From Octopus vulgaris (Eukaryota): a stretch of 64,000 bases of DNA. The stretch covers positions 1,240,001 through 1,304,000 of the forward strand of contig OX597820.1 in NCBI GenBank assembly GCA_951406725.2, given 5' to 3'. Positions 1-14,000 of this stretch are shown one piece after another. A program made the position numbers and the translations under genes. The notes under the pieces were generated by a model. The model was not told where the DNA came from and did no database searches. It saw only the letters and a list, made by a program, of their open reading frames with translations. How positions within the stretch are numbered: the stretch's first letter is position 1; each line of letters starts with the position of its first letter.

Positions 1-3000
1 TCTAGCATACAGAATGTTGAAATCTGATAGACAATAGCAACACAGCAGGTGATAGATTCTATACTTGCAGAAGCTACAAATCTCACCGAAATTTGGGATT
101 TGGAAGCTGTTATATAAATCATCTCAATTTTCTGTAATGATTTACAACTTGTGAAGCCCAAAGAATAATTTTGAACTTTTAGTTGTCTGCCAAAAGAGAT
201 CTTGCAATGAGAGCTCGACATGTTTAAGGCTACAAATATGAGCAGAAAGAACTGCTTTATAAACAATTGTTTCAAAGAAACTTCTTCATACAATCTTCAG
301 ATCTCTCAAAGTACTTTTGTTAATTAAAAGCTTGTCATCTGTAATCAAAGAAACCTTTTACCTTTTAGAAAGGCCTCTCTGATTATGACTGGCAATCAGG
401 CTCCATATGCCAAGCTTTCCTCCATTTGTTTAACACCAGATCATCTCTGATTAAGTAAACCTATGATCAAAGGTGATCCAACCAGGAGCTTTCTAGCTTT
501 CTTTTTATATCCAGGACATTTTATAATGTGTCTTTCCTTTTCTTTTTTAAAACTTGAGACAGTTGGGTGCTATTTCTAGCATATCAGGACATGTAAGCCC
601 TTCCATTGGCTTGCATGTGGTCTTATTGAAGACCATAGTAGATATATTTTGATGCATTTTTCTGTATAGCAGACAGAGAACATTGCACTTAATCTGTTTT
701 TGACTGTGCAGAACAATTAGCAGTGATTCAGGAAGGGACAGGCCAAGTCATTTCAATTTATCTAGACTAAGAAAAAAATTCCAAGATAGAGAGGCAGTTA
801 GTTGACCTTCGGTTATTTTTGGCATGTATGTACAAAGGTTGGAATAAGAAAGAAAATGGCTTTAGTCACTTGACTAGTCAATGTGTGGTGGAAACATAAG
901 AGAGGAGCACCAACAAGGAACTCTGAAGGAATTATTTTTAGAGAATATTTTATCAACGGTCGAATAATTTTGGTTCCATATCATATATTTATATTGTTCT
1001 TACAACTAACAAAAGCCATGGCTCAAGATAACCACATTGATTGTGGGACTGCTTTGCTGACATCAATGGTTTAGTTTAACTGGATGATCAATTCAAGAGA
1101 GAGAGAGAGACAAAACTATAAGTTAATTAAACACTTAAATACTAATGATGTCTTAGAGATATCATATATAATACACAACTGAGTAAATGCACAAAATGCA
1201 TGTATAAACTATATATATATATATATATATATATACAGTTCTTCATCAAATGTTAATTATTAAGATTCAGGCCATGCTATACATGGCCATAAAAATTACG
1301 TAAAATAAAATTTAAAATACTCTGTAAAAAAATCAAGAAATAACTGCATTCATAAAGTAATTAATTAGAAAACAAAATACTTTTGTAGATGGGGGCTAAT
1401 TACTGTAGTAACTAATCAATAAGTTTGTCTTGAATTATTAGAGAAATCAAGTTAGTAGGGTGAACATGAAACTGGCTGAGAAACTAAGGAATATTTATTT
1501 GTTTATTTAAGACAATGAATCAAAAATGGTAAAACAGTGGAACCAAATATTCTTACAATCTTAATGATAAAATTGTTTTACTAAATTCTTCATTTAAGAT
1601 TAATTGAAACAAAGGCAAACGATTCCAAGAGAAATATGGTAACAAAAAGGGTAAAATCTTAAAATTAACAAAAATCAATGGTATTTTGTTTCCTTTAGTG
1701 CCTTGTAAAGAATGAACTTAATCTAAACATTTAATCAGAAAATGGAAACTATAAATGAAAATGCAAAGAAAATTATGCTTACAATCTGTAAAGAAATATT
1801 ATTTATATATAAATTTATAGTATATAGTATATAAATATATGTAAAGGACAAATATTTGTGATGTATAAGGGAGTGCATATACAATCAACTTTTCATTGGA
1901 TGGTACTAAAATGTGTAATTATTTGTAGTAATAAATCTAAATAGTTTGCCGATAATTAAAGGTATGATACAAAGCTCACTTCTCGTTGGAAAAACTTTTA
2001 ACAGTTTTGCATCATACAATACAGTTATTGTAGTAAATCCCATTTGTGTTTGCATGGATCAGAGCACAAACGGCAATTCATTGAATTGTGGTATTTTTTT
2101 AAACATGCAAAATAAAATCTTTAAAAGAGGAAAAATAAAGATTGAAAATAAATTAAGAAAAATGTTAAATTTGGGGGAGATTTAGTTTGTGTCCATAAAT
2201 ACCCTCTTTTTTTATTTTTATTTTTGTGGAATACCATCAAAAATTTTTTTTTCAATAATTAATTAATTTTCAGCAATATCAGAGATAATCATTTTTCATT
2301 TCTTTGACAGACATGTTACTGGCATGTAACAAGCAGCATTCAAGCGTGGTCATTGCTAGTGCGCCTGACTGGCCCATACACATGACATATACATATAAGT
2401 ATCCAATTCTTGATATAGCCTTCTAACATCTCCAACATTTATGGAAAATTAATTTGATAAACAAAAATTGCATCAGATAATTTATATATATATCTTTAAT
2501 ATATTCAGTTCCTGTAAGTCACTTTGCTAACATTGAAGGTATTTTAAAAGGAACCATCTCACTGAAAAATACAAACACACGTTTGGAAAAGAGCAAATTG
2601 GAGCTTATCGACTGCTATCATTTGCATTGCTATTTTTAAAAACTGTAGAATCACAGAACATCACTGCATATTTCATTGTTTTCAACATTGAAGCTAGTCT
2701 CTTTGCATTCCATGTTGTATTCTATGATGCAGTTTTTATGAAACTATGTCTTTTATTCAGAGAATTTCCTGAACATCAAGAGTCTGAATGTGTAAGAGTT
2801 TTTTTCTCTTTAATTCTTTCTTTATTTATTTATTTAGCATTCCCATCATCAGATGTCTGAAGTCAGACAAACAAATGGAGAAAACTGCTGTTAACTATCA
2901 GGAAATATCATTACAGCTACAGAAAAATGAAAAATATATAACCAGTGTAAGAATCTTCGGCAAAACCTAGATTTTGCAAACCTAGATTGCCTTCTGCAAA

Positions 3001-3379
3001 TGTAGGTTTAAGAAAAGCAGTTTTGATGGCAAAGTTTACTATTTTTCTCTCTTCGAAATCTTGAGTAATTTGCCAGCAGGTGTCAGGAAATAAATAAGTG
3101 CAGACAGTCAGACAGAAGGAAGGAAAGACGTAGAACGCTACAGAGAGATTGCCTGCAGTATTTTCAACTTTGGCAAACAATCAACTAGTTGACATTTTTT
3201 TTTCTAAAGCAAGTTAAGATATCGAGAGATTTGTCATTATTATTGTTACTACTACTATTACTACTACAACTAGCTGTATCTATTGTGTGCTCTCACTGTA
3301 TGGCACAACTTGAAACATCATGCTCACTTATGTATTAAATGATCCTACGCAATGATTGAGCATTATGTCCTGCATGTTG

Positions 3380-3442
<63 letters not shown>

Positions 3443-3934
3443 ATATATATATATCATCATCATCATTTAACGTCCGCTTTCCATGCTAGCATGGGTTGAA
3501 CGATTTGACTGAGGTCTGGCAGCGAACCAGACTCCAACTGCAGAGTTTCTACAGTTGGATGCCCTTCCTAATGCCAACCACTCTGGGAGTGTAGTGGGTG
3601 CTTTTAAATGCCACTGGCACGAGGGCCAGTCAGGCGGTACTGGCGATAGCTACACCCAAATGGTGTTTTTATGTGCCACCTGCACAAGAGCCAGTCAAGC
3701 GGCATTGGCTATGACCTCGCTATATATATATATAGTAGAAGACACTTGTCCAAGGTGTCATACAGTGGGATTGACCCCAGAATCATGTGGTCGGGAAGCA
3801 GACTTCTTACCACACAGTCACTCTTACACCTAATAAACTTCACCATATAATTTTTCTGACACAGGCAATCAGTTCCCTTGGACTCAGGTTTCCTGTTTGC
3901 TCCCTTCAATAGTAATAATCCTTGCCACTGAAGG

Positions 3935-4133
3935 CAGAAGGCCTGAAATTTTGGGGGAAGGGAGCAGTCGATTACATCGACCCCAGTATTTCACTGGTAC
4001 TTACTTTATCGATTCCAAAAAGATAAAAGGCAGAGTCAACCTCAGTGGAATTTGAACTCAGAACATAGTGGCAAATGAAATACTGCTAAGCATTTTGCCT
4101 AGCGTGCTAACGTTTCTGCCAGCTCGCCACCTT
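3935..4133 (-). mobile_element. SINE, same family as 60014
   Basis: Reverse complement of the family consensus. Further copies at about 6630-6740(+), 11465-11672(-), 33875-34066(-), 35790-35990(-), 56640-56760(-). Confidence 0.85.
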
Positions 4134-6109
4134 CCTACATTCAAGAGTAGTAATAACAGGATACTAACTCTTGTCCAGACAGACACACGCATTGAAGAAG
4201 TAGGTGTTGGTCGTTAACTGGAGGCAGGTGTTGAGTACACATGCACTTAGAAGGTGTACGTTGCATATGCACATGTTTAATTTAGAATTTGGGTATTGGA
4301 CACAAAAAACAGATTTAGGAAACAGGTTTTGGGTATAAACATATTTAGGAACTGGGTGTTGAACACACACGTATTTAGGAGGAAAAGGTGGGTGTTTGAG
4401 AAACTTAATCATAAAAGTGGTATCAATAATAATAATAATAATAATAATAAATTGAAATAATAAGCAAAAACTGAAATAAGGAAGGAAAAAGTAAGAGAAA
4501 AAAGAGAAGAAAATTAAAATCGAAAGAAAATTATTTTGGGAAATCTGTATTTTGAAAGAGTTTCATAGAAAAAGTTAAAATAACCATCAATGGCAACAGT
4601 TTGTTGGAGAAGCACTGGATTAACCTTTAAGCAAAATAAGCACATGCTTAGGGCATCAAGGGAAGGAGGAGGGGCACCACAGAAATGGTAAATGGTTTAC
4701 GGCACAAAAGAAATCGCTTTAAATTTGCTCAAATAATACATGAAGGATGCTTTTGTCTCTACTGATAATAGATGCAGATGCGTTACTTAAGATTAATTTT
4801 GAGGATCTGATCAGACTTTGCTATTCCAAAAAGTAGGAGGAAATTTTTCAAATATAAATAAAAAATGGAATTAAACAAAACTAAACATTATTTTCCCTTT
4901 TACTGTTTTGCTTTTGTTTTGACAAAAATGAAAATTTATTTTATTGTTTGTTATTGTTTATATTTTGAATTACATAATCTCTTATGGGGGCACCAAAATG
5001 TTTTAAGTGCTTAAGGCCTCGATGGGTCTTAATCTGGCCCTGGATGGCAGAGATTTTCTTCAACTGAGAAATACAGAAATTCTGAAGAAAACAAAAGTAA
5101 TAGCATCAAGTCTGAGGGATGTGGGCCAAAGTTCTTTAAGAATTGCCATTGGCAAGATCATTCAGAGGTGGTATGTGTTGTAAATCAGTTTATTAAAGAC
5201 AGCTAAATATATGAAAATAAGGTAATTATGCAATTAAAAGTCTGATTAGGTGTTTTATGATAGAATTATTTTCGATGTTTAACATAGACCGGCCTTGATA
5301 AAGCAGCTTATCATCATCGTCATCGTCATCATCATCATCATCACCATCACCATCACCATCATCATCATCATCACCATCATCATCATAACCATTATCACTA
5401 CGATCACCATTTTAACATCCACTTTTCCATTCCTGCATTGATCAGATGGGATTTGTTGAGATCAATATACTGCAGCTGGATGCCCTTCCTGTTGCCAAAC
5501 CTAACCTGTTTCCAAGTAAGGTAATATTGGCCATTAAAATGATGGTGATAATGATGATGATGAAATAAATAGTTTTTAGCAAGATTTCAGAAAGAGGTGC
5601 TGTAATAACATATTTCGAAAATATATGTAAAGATGTGAATTGCTAAAATGGTTGGAACTGGTAACACCAAGAAACATATTGACCATCGATGGTTATTTTG
5701 CAGGAAAAATTCTTAACTAACAAAATAATGTAAAAAAAAAAAGCAACAGAAAGTAAAGAAAAAGAAAAAGAAAAAGAAAAAAAGGAAATGAAAAATTCTT
5801 AAAAAAAAAAGGTGGAATTGTAGATATCGTGATTGAAGATGAAGAAATTGTGCCAAAGTATGTGAATCACACCCACACTAGAAACGGTCAAGTCAATACA
5901 GAATAACAGTACCAGAAGCTAACCAAATTATGGAATTGCTTAGTGATGAGAATATGGCTCATTGAGATAAATATATTAAAATATGTACAAGTATCTCAAC
6001 ATATTTTGATATATTTAGTATTTTTGATAATTTTGATAATAATTAATTATTAATATCTTAAAAAGGAATCCTCTACAGTTATAATAGTCAATACATGGAA
6101 TAATATGCC

Positions 6110-6300
6110 ATGGTGCACAGCCTAGTGGTTAGGGTGTTGCACTCACAATTGCCAGATCATGGGTTCAATTCTCAGGCAGGATGGTACATTATGTTCTTGA
6201 GCAAGACATTTCATTTCGCATTGTTCCAGTCCATTCAGCTGTAAATGTGAAACCCTGTATGGACTAGCATCCTATCCAGGGGGAATGTTGGCCAGTGGAG
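6110..6300 (+). mobile_element. tRNA-derived SINE (Meta-domain-like: ggactagcatcctatccagggg)
   Basis: A box gcctagtggttag, B box ggttcaattc. Relatives at about 7590-7855(-), 11960-12175(-), 33620-33850(+). Confidence 0.7.
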
Positions 6301-7364
6301 TGGTATCATTTGAAAGCTAAAACAGTGATGTATAACAATATCCGATGGTTTGGCCAATACTATGATATGGAATACATACGCTTTATATACTATATAGTTA
6401 TCATATAGGATATTATATTCATTCATTGAATAACGGCAGTTTAGTCTTAATTTGATCATCTTTTATGTCTTCTAGAACCACATACCATAGAAAGGCATCA
6501 TTATGTGTTTAACCATATCTGATCTTTATTCTTCAGTTTACTTGGCTCTGTGGAAGTGGAATGGAAGTATCAGATCTTGGAATCTATCTGCAATAGATCC
6601 ACTTCATACCCACTTCAGAATTCAGAGTTTGGCCCCCTCTTGGGGTCAATAAAATAAGTACTAATTGAGCACTAGGGTCGATGTAATCGACTTACCCCCT
6701 CCTTCAAAATTGCTGGCTCTGTGCCAAAATTTGAAACCAATATTTGTTTAATTTAGAGAGTGGCAACCAAGGTAACCATCTTGGTTTGGAAAAATCAGTG
6801 ATCCATAATGGTTTTGGAACCAATGTTGGGCCTATAACTTTATCTACTCTGAGTTCCATCACTAAAAAACTAATTACATTTTTTTATTTACATCAGTATA
6901 TGTGGGTTACCCTTACATAAATATCTCTGTTTGGCTACAGAACCATTTAATAGAATTTATGATGGGTTTGGTTCTATTCAAATGTTAAACGAAAGAGTAA
7001 CAGGTTTGATTCCATTGACTGCAGGAACTGTTTTGACTCAACCATTAGAATAAAGAACAATAGACAAACCTCTTGGCTGGTTTCTTCAGCAGGGGCCTTA
7101 AGTAACAAAAAGGTAAATCAAAAGAGAAACAGATAAATATACAACAATATATGACAACAATAACAACAACAATAACAAGTCAATAAAAAAAGCAACAATA
7201 ACAGAAAAAACTACCAATTTTACTTCCTTTTTTTCCCCTTAATTAGTTTCAATACTACCCCCAACTCATCCATCCCTACAAACATGCATTCCCATACTCA
7301 GGGACATTACAAGTATAACTGACTGATACTCCACCGATTATAACAACAAGGTTCTAGTTCAGTT

Positions 7365-7540
7365 CTATGTTTAAGAAATGAGGAATTATTTACATTATTT
7401 ATATTATTTACATTTGACGGATATTTGTCCTCATCTTGTTTGTTGTTAACACAACGTTTTGACTGATGTACCCTCCAGCCTTCTTCAGGTGTCTTGGGAA
7501 AATTTCGAACCTGGGTTCTCATTCCTAAGGTATTTTTTGA

Positions 7541-7545
<5 letters not shown>
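7365..7545 (-). mobile_element. Penelope-like pLTR remnant with degenerate hammerhead (7449-7492)
   Basis: ACAC CTGAAGA A GGCTG...CAGTC AAAA CG TT GTGT; G12 is replaced by A; abuts a (TTA)n tract. Confidence 0.5.
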
Positions 7546-7571
<26 letters not shown>

Positions 7572-8581
7572 CTAGTTCATTCGATGAAGAGAGCAGCCAG
7601 CTCGTGAAATTAACGTGCAAGTGGCTGAGTACTCCACAGACACACGTACCCTTAATGTGGTTCTCAGGGAGATTCAGCATGACACAGAATGTGATAAAGC
7701 TGCTCCTTTGAATTACAGGTACAACTCATATTTACCAACTGAGTGGACTGGGGCAATGTGGAATAAAGGGTCTTGCTCAAGGACTCAATGTGCCACTGGA
7801 AATCAAACTCCCAGCCTTACAATTCTGAGCTGAACAACCCAACCACTAAGCCATAAATCACACACCTTCACATTACAAGTGAACTCCTCAAATGCTATAG
7901 AAGCAGGCAATATTATTTGCTTTGCATTTGCTCACAGATAAATAAATGTATTATGGGAGGAACATCAAAATTAATGTTTATTTAGATTCTACTAAACTGT
8001 TACTTGATGTTGTTAGCAGTGCACCGTGCGGCGTCTGTCGTGTGGGCAGAATATTGTTTACAAAGTAAGTCTTGCGCTGACAGATAAATAGAAAGATACA
8101 CAGAATAACCACGATTTTTAAACTGAACGGAGATAAACAGCGGGTGTTATCTACAGCCTCCGGGAGACGGGTTAAAATTAGAGAAAGGTGATCTTCCTTT
8201 TGGTGAGATGTTTGCGGGGGGAGGTAAATATACTTGTAAACATAATGACCAAACGAATGCGATATTGAACGAGCAGCCCATAGTTTATGAGTTCATTCTC
8301 ACATTAGGCAGCTTAAGGTAGAAACTCTTGGCAGCCTTCTTAATAACTTACATCTCAGTACATCTAACATCCAACTGTTGGGAAATAAGTATCAGATCTT
8401 AAAGGAATGCTACTTGCGTCAGCTTGGTGTTTCGATTAAGTCTACTCAGACACACACACACACATACATGTATTAAACATTATTATTGAAGAATCTGGTG
8501 TCTTATTTGTATACACAATAAGCATGAAATGCTGTTTATGCTGAAGTGTAAACTCTTATGTTTACACAGAGAGACAGTTAC

Positions 8582-8617
8582 CTGTGCGAAGGGTTCAGGT
8601 AGAAAAGGTGTTTTCAT
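8582..8617 (-). CDS. Candidate alternative first coding exon MKTPFLPEPFAQ (phase 0)
   Basis: ATG at 8617, 12 codons, strong CAG|GTAACT donor; E-box CACGTG and an AT-rich TATA-like element upstream; no good acceptor. Confidence 0.25.
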
Positions 8618-9519
8618 TAGCAGTTCACAAGTTGTGGAGTTTATGTCTCTCACACGTGTTTTGTTGTGTCTGTGGTCACAGCCCTTGGCCCTAAAGCCTC
8701 ATCAACTCATTGGGGTGTCAGGGAAATTAGTATTAAATATCCTGGGCAGAAATAAACTCTTAAACTCACTTCCTATTCAAAAGGAGAAGATTTAACTTTC
8801 AACAGCAGCAGCAGCAGCAGCCCCCCCCACCACCACCACCACATTCATCACCATCATCATCGTTTAACATTTGTTTTCCATGTTGGCATGGGTTGGACGG
8901 TTTAACTGGGGACTGGCAAGCCAGGAGGCTTCAGCAGGAGGCTTCACCAGGAGGCTTCACCAGGCTCCAATCTGATCTGGCAATGTTTCTACAGCTGGAT
9001 GCCTTCCCTAATGCCAACCACTCTCAGAGAGACACATTTTTCCTACCAACTGAACTAATAGTTCTCTGAACTTTCTCCATCCAGTTCTTATTCTTGCACT
9101 ATACTTTCAAAGCATCCTCCTCTGCTGCTAATTAGGTCACCTATCATCATCATCACCAGTATCATCATCATCGTTTAACGTCTGTTTTCCATGCTGGCAT
9201 GGGTTGGACAGTTTGACTGAGGTCTAGAGAGCCTGCGGCTGCACCAGGCTCCAATCTCATCTGGCAATGTTTCTACAGCTGGATGCCCTTCCTAATGCCA
9301 ACCACTCTGAGAGTGTAGTGGGTGTTTTCTTCTTTTACCAATCAGTTGCATGAGATTAAAAAAACAAAATCATTCTAATCTACCCCATTGATCTATTTCC
9401 TCTGCCTTGCTATTCTTCAGAAGGTTGTGAGTGGTCGAGTTTTCAGGCAGCTCCTTTATGGGGTACAGTCAGAAACAACCATCATTAGACTTTCTGGCTC
9501 TATCCCCAAGCACGGTCAA

Positions 9520-9655
9520 CTGAGATTGTAGATATTATCCATCCATCTCATTCTTGGCCAACTGCTAAGTCTCTCCAGTTTGAAGAATTCATCTTGCAAT
9601 TCTTTCTTGCAACATTCTAACCACATGTCCAAAGTACGGCAGCTGTGGCCCATCA
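9520..9655 (-). pseudogene. Degenerate LINE (RTE-like) reverse transcriptase C-terminal fragment
   Basis: Minus translation LPYFGHVVRMLQERIAR*IL...WPRMRWMDNI, matching the typical LRWFGHV-RM...GRPR-RW-D motif. Confidence 0.6.
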
Positions 9656-10913
9656 ATGTGGAGAAGTAACCATAACAACATCATTGCCTTAACTGAATAA
9701 CTGATGGCAAGCCTAAACAATTTCAGAAACAATTACTTGCGCAAGAAAGACAAAAAAGCAAAAACAAACAACAACAAATACCAAACCAATGTTTTTAAAG
9801 AAAGGAATAATAAACCATTTGTTTGCAAAAGTGAAAGAAATATCATCTGAGACGAACAGACACATCAAGCTGCTTACTGAATGCCATGACTGAACCACAG
9901 TAAACAGAATGGCATGTCATGGGGCTGGCCTTACATACATCCACACATTCAGACTGGTTTGCCACCAGTGGGATGGATGAGTGAATAAATATATAAACAG
10001 GATAGATATTTGAACAAGCAGTTAAAGATAGATAATCCATAAGACACACAGACATATTCTTGACTGAGGAATACTCAACCACAAGAATATATTCTACCAA
10101 TGCCATAGTATTAATCGGATATATGCATGTGTGTGTGTGTCAATTATACAGGCATACCAACAAAAGTAATTAACATACGAAAATAACGAAGTAATTACAT
10201 GAAAGTTTGCTGAAACCAAAAAAATAGATTTCATATTAATGAAGAACCTGGAAGAAGAAAAAAATTATAAATTAATTATTGCAACATTGTGATTTGACAG
10301 AAATACAAGAAATGGAGGTGAAAATAGTAATAATGAAGGAAGTTTTAAGATTAAGATTAACCAAAATTGGAAGTCTTGCCAGTTCACTGGGTTTTGTTTT
10401 TGTTTTTTTTTCATGATGGAGTCAACAGCAGAGATAGAAATAGAAAAAAGGAAGAGTAAAAGTGAAATAGGAAAATAACAAACAAGACTACAGAATGCAG
10501 AGAAATAAAAGGAAAAAAAACACAAGAAGAGTATTTTCAAGAGAAATTCTATCAATGAAGACAATGGTAACATAAAAGAAAGGTCTTTCAGTTATTTTCT
10601 TAATTTTTGATATGAAATTTATAAAGCTTTTTAAAACTATGGATTATAAATTAAATTAAGCTAAACTCTGAGTTTAAATTACTACATTTACTCATTTATA
10701 TGTTGCACTTTTCTATAAGTTGCATCCCTAATTTAGTGTTAAACTTCAGTACAGAATTTTTTCCCTTCATAGTTTTAGTTTTGCCCTGGACATAAGGTGC
10801 TCTGAGGTTTTTTTAAAATTAAAATCAAGCTTAAAATAGTGAGACTTATACACAAATAAATACAATATATATCCTTATATATTTGTGCATGTATATATGT
10901 ATATGTATGCATG

Positions 10914-11033
10914 GGCTCTGAAGATGATGGTATTTGTTAAGGTCATTTAATTTTTTTCAATCGATCAATCAACCAATTGAGTATATGGAATTATGAACGC
11001 ACCTAAAATGCATATCAGAAACAGCTGTAAGTC
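10914..11033 (+). ncRNA. Minimal hammerhead motif with greatly enlarged stem-loop II
   Basis: GGCT CTGAAGA TGAT...(about 85 nt)...ATCA GAAA CAGCTG TA AGTC; same 3' half as the 38645 motif. Confidence 0.5.
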
Positions 11034-14000
11034 TATAATGCATAAATAAACAAAAAAATGTGTAAAGCCCATTATTTACATCTTTCCTTGTGTGTATGTA
11101 TCTATGTATATACATACACACTCATACACTGTATTTATTTATATATAAGTCACACCCTTAATTTAGTGTTAAATCTTATTACAAATTTTTCCCTTTTGTA
11201 GTTTTAGCATTGCCCTATGTATAAGTCGCACCCCAGGTTATCTAAAGACTGAAACCGTATCTGAAACTGATTGCATTTCAGTTACAGTACTTAACACACT
11301 GAAATAAAACCTAATAAAGATGAACATTCACGGAACGGTTTAAGCTTGGCTTTGTTTGTTACAAAGCTTTTTGTCAAAAAGACACAAACGTGTCATGTCT
11401 TTTGTTTGCTTATTACAAAAGTTCAGTGTAAAAAGTGTTCAGTAAGAAATATTCTTTTCTACTCTAAGCACAAGGCCCGAAATGTTTGGGGAGGTGGGGG
11501 CCAGTCAATTAGATCGACCCCAGTATGTAACTGGTATCTAATTTATTGACCCCCTAAAGAATGAAAGGCAAAGTCGACCTTGGCAGAATTTGAACTCATG
11601 ATGTAAAGACAGACGAAATACTGCAAAGCATTTTGCCTGGCATGCTAGCATTTCTGCCAGCTCACCACCTTCAGTAGGAAATATTTATCAACCCAACCAT
11701 TTATAACCATTTTCTCCTGAAGACATTTAGGAAGTTGGTTTTGTAGCTGCTCTTTCTTGCATTTGATTTTTACTTACGACCCAAAAGTCGTTTGGCAAGA
11801 AGACAGTGAGGAAAGCACTAAAGGAGACAAGTGTTGTAGGGAACCTCTTTCTTTTAAGGGATAGTTTGATCTGGTTTGTCACAAGTTGCTTTTTCTTCTC
11901 ACTACAATAAAGTCCCCCCCCTCAGGGTATTAATGTCTCAAGTCCTAGGATAAGTTATCCTGTTTCCATGGCATTCAAGTGGCCAATATCACAACAAACG
12001 CCCTGAAGGGGACGCAGGCTATCATAGAGTCAGTCATATATTGCAGAGTGGACTGCAGCAATGTGAAATGAAGTGTTTCACTCAAGAATGCAATACACCA
12101 CCTAGTTCAGGAATTGAAACTACGATCTTGCAATCATGAATGCAACACCCTAACCACAAGGCCACATGTCTTCACCTTCACTACAGATGTAATTTTGAAT
12201 TTATATTTCTCGGCTTAAGTATGTTAGTACCTAATTTATAATTTGATTTATTTTATGCAGAAGGCAACCCTGACTATTTTTTTGCCATTCTTTATAGTTG
12301 TGCAACTTATATCATCCCTAATTATTCTAAGGTTTTACCAAAACAGATTATGCATAACTAAGGAGGTTTAATAATAGTGAAACATGGTCAAAGTTATCCC
12401 CATACAATTAAAGACTAAACTCAGTCCTCACCACATTCTATGTTTAATTTTTATAAATTTAAATCATGAGGTTATCTCCCCTGACTTTTTTCATGCACTG
12501 GATAAGTCGTTTACATGTTTTTGTTTTCCCCTTATCACTAGGTGTGTAATTTCAATTAATTAAAATTATTTGGTTTATTACATCAAGTATGTTAGCACTC
12601 ACTTTACTATGAATGTTTCATGCAGCAGGCATCTCTAGGTATTTTCCCCCACCATTCTTCCATCTATCAACCTTTCTCCTGAAGACGTTTTAGGATAGTT
12701 ATTGTTTTTATTTATTTATTTACTAAGCAAAATCATTTGGTGAAAAAGACAGGGCAAAGACAATAAGGAAAAGAAAAAAAGGTAAGGAAAGTAGAGAAAA
12801 ATGCAGTCGAGCTTATTTGTAAGTGGATAAGTTAATCTAGTCTATAAGGAAGTAAATCTATCTAATTTAGAGATAAAGTGTAGTTAGTACCACTTGTTTC
12901 CATGGTTACGGTCAGAAAACTATCAACAAACAAGGAGGTTAGAAGTTGACTCTGAGAGAAGATGTGGGTTTATATCTCTTTGGAAGTATGAAAATTAGCT
13001 GCAGGTATCTAATTAGCTGCAGGTATCTAATATACAGCTTGAAATGTTTGGATTTATTTAATTTCAACAGTTTAAACGACAGGTAAATTGCAATGCTATT
13101 ACTTAAAATAATATATGGTGATAATAACCTTAATTAAAAATCTATATCAAAGTTTCCAGCTCTGTCAAACACTAACAACTTTCTCACTGAAATCAATAAT
13201 TATTTCAATACAAATTGCTATATATTTTGTTTTTTACATAAATTCTTTCCTTAAATATATAACTGGAAAATTATTGTTTAGATAATTAACTTAAAATTAA
13301 TCTAATCCTTAAAAAAACTAAAATGAAATCCTGTTTCATCTTCCTTGCATGGCTTCTCCATTTCCTAAGGTACTGGTACCTAGTTAGTTGCCTTACCATT
13401 TCCTCCAGTTCTCCTTCTTTTCAGTAGTTTATCATATTAATAGATAATATGATAAATTAATAAATAAAATCCATATAAAGCAAAATTTAATGCCATAATA
13501 GTGATTTTAAGCATTTTTATTTTAAATTTCTGTATATGAAGCATTTTACCCCTGTACAGGAAGCTGTTATATTAAGCAAGACATCTCTATAGACCAAAAA
13601 CAGACAAGTTACATATGTTACACTGACAATTCTACAACAATGTTTATTTACAAACAGCAGCACTTGCTTGAAATAGCTTTAGAAAATGGCATCAGTTAAG
13701 AGCCTAAGTGCAGATTTACATTGCATCAAAATTATAAAACCACTGAAGTGAATATAAAGTAGCAGTTGTTATGATTATTTTCTCTTTTTCTTTACAAAAA
13801 AGCAGTTCTTCAATGGCATATGTAAATAGCCGAATCTGGCCATAAAAGCTACAAAGAAACCCATAAGCAAATTCTGATAAGACACATCCAATACATTAGC
13901 CGTGATAAGTGTCAGCTATCATTACACATTATAAGCTTTACGATCGTCGTCGTGGTTATAGTGTTAGATATCAAATACTTATAAATAGAACCATAGCCTT

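Noticed and set aside
1980-1994. Possible 15-nt microexon FFQRE before GTGAGC
   Set aside because: Acceptor context lacks a pyrimidine tract.
2917-3180. 87-aa minus ORF as a further troponin exon
   Set aside because: No resemblance to the TnI core (no GLGGLSPEKKK-like motif) and no phase-0 splice pair.
13397-13425. Purine-rich stretch ending in a GTAAGG donor
   Set aside because: No pyrimidine tract or acceptor upstream; frame ambiguous.
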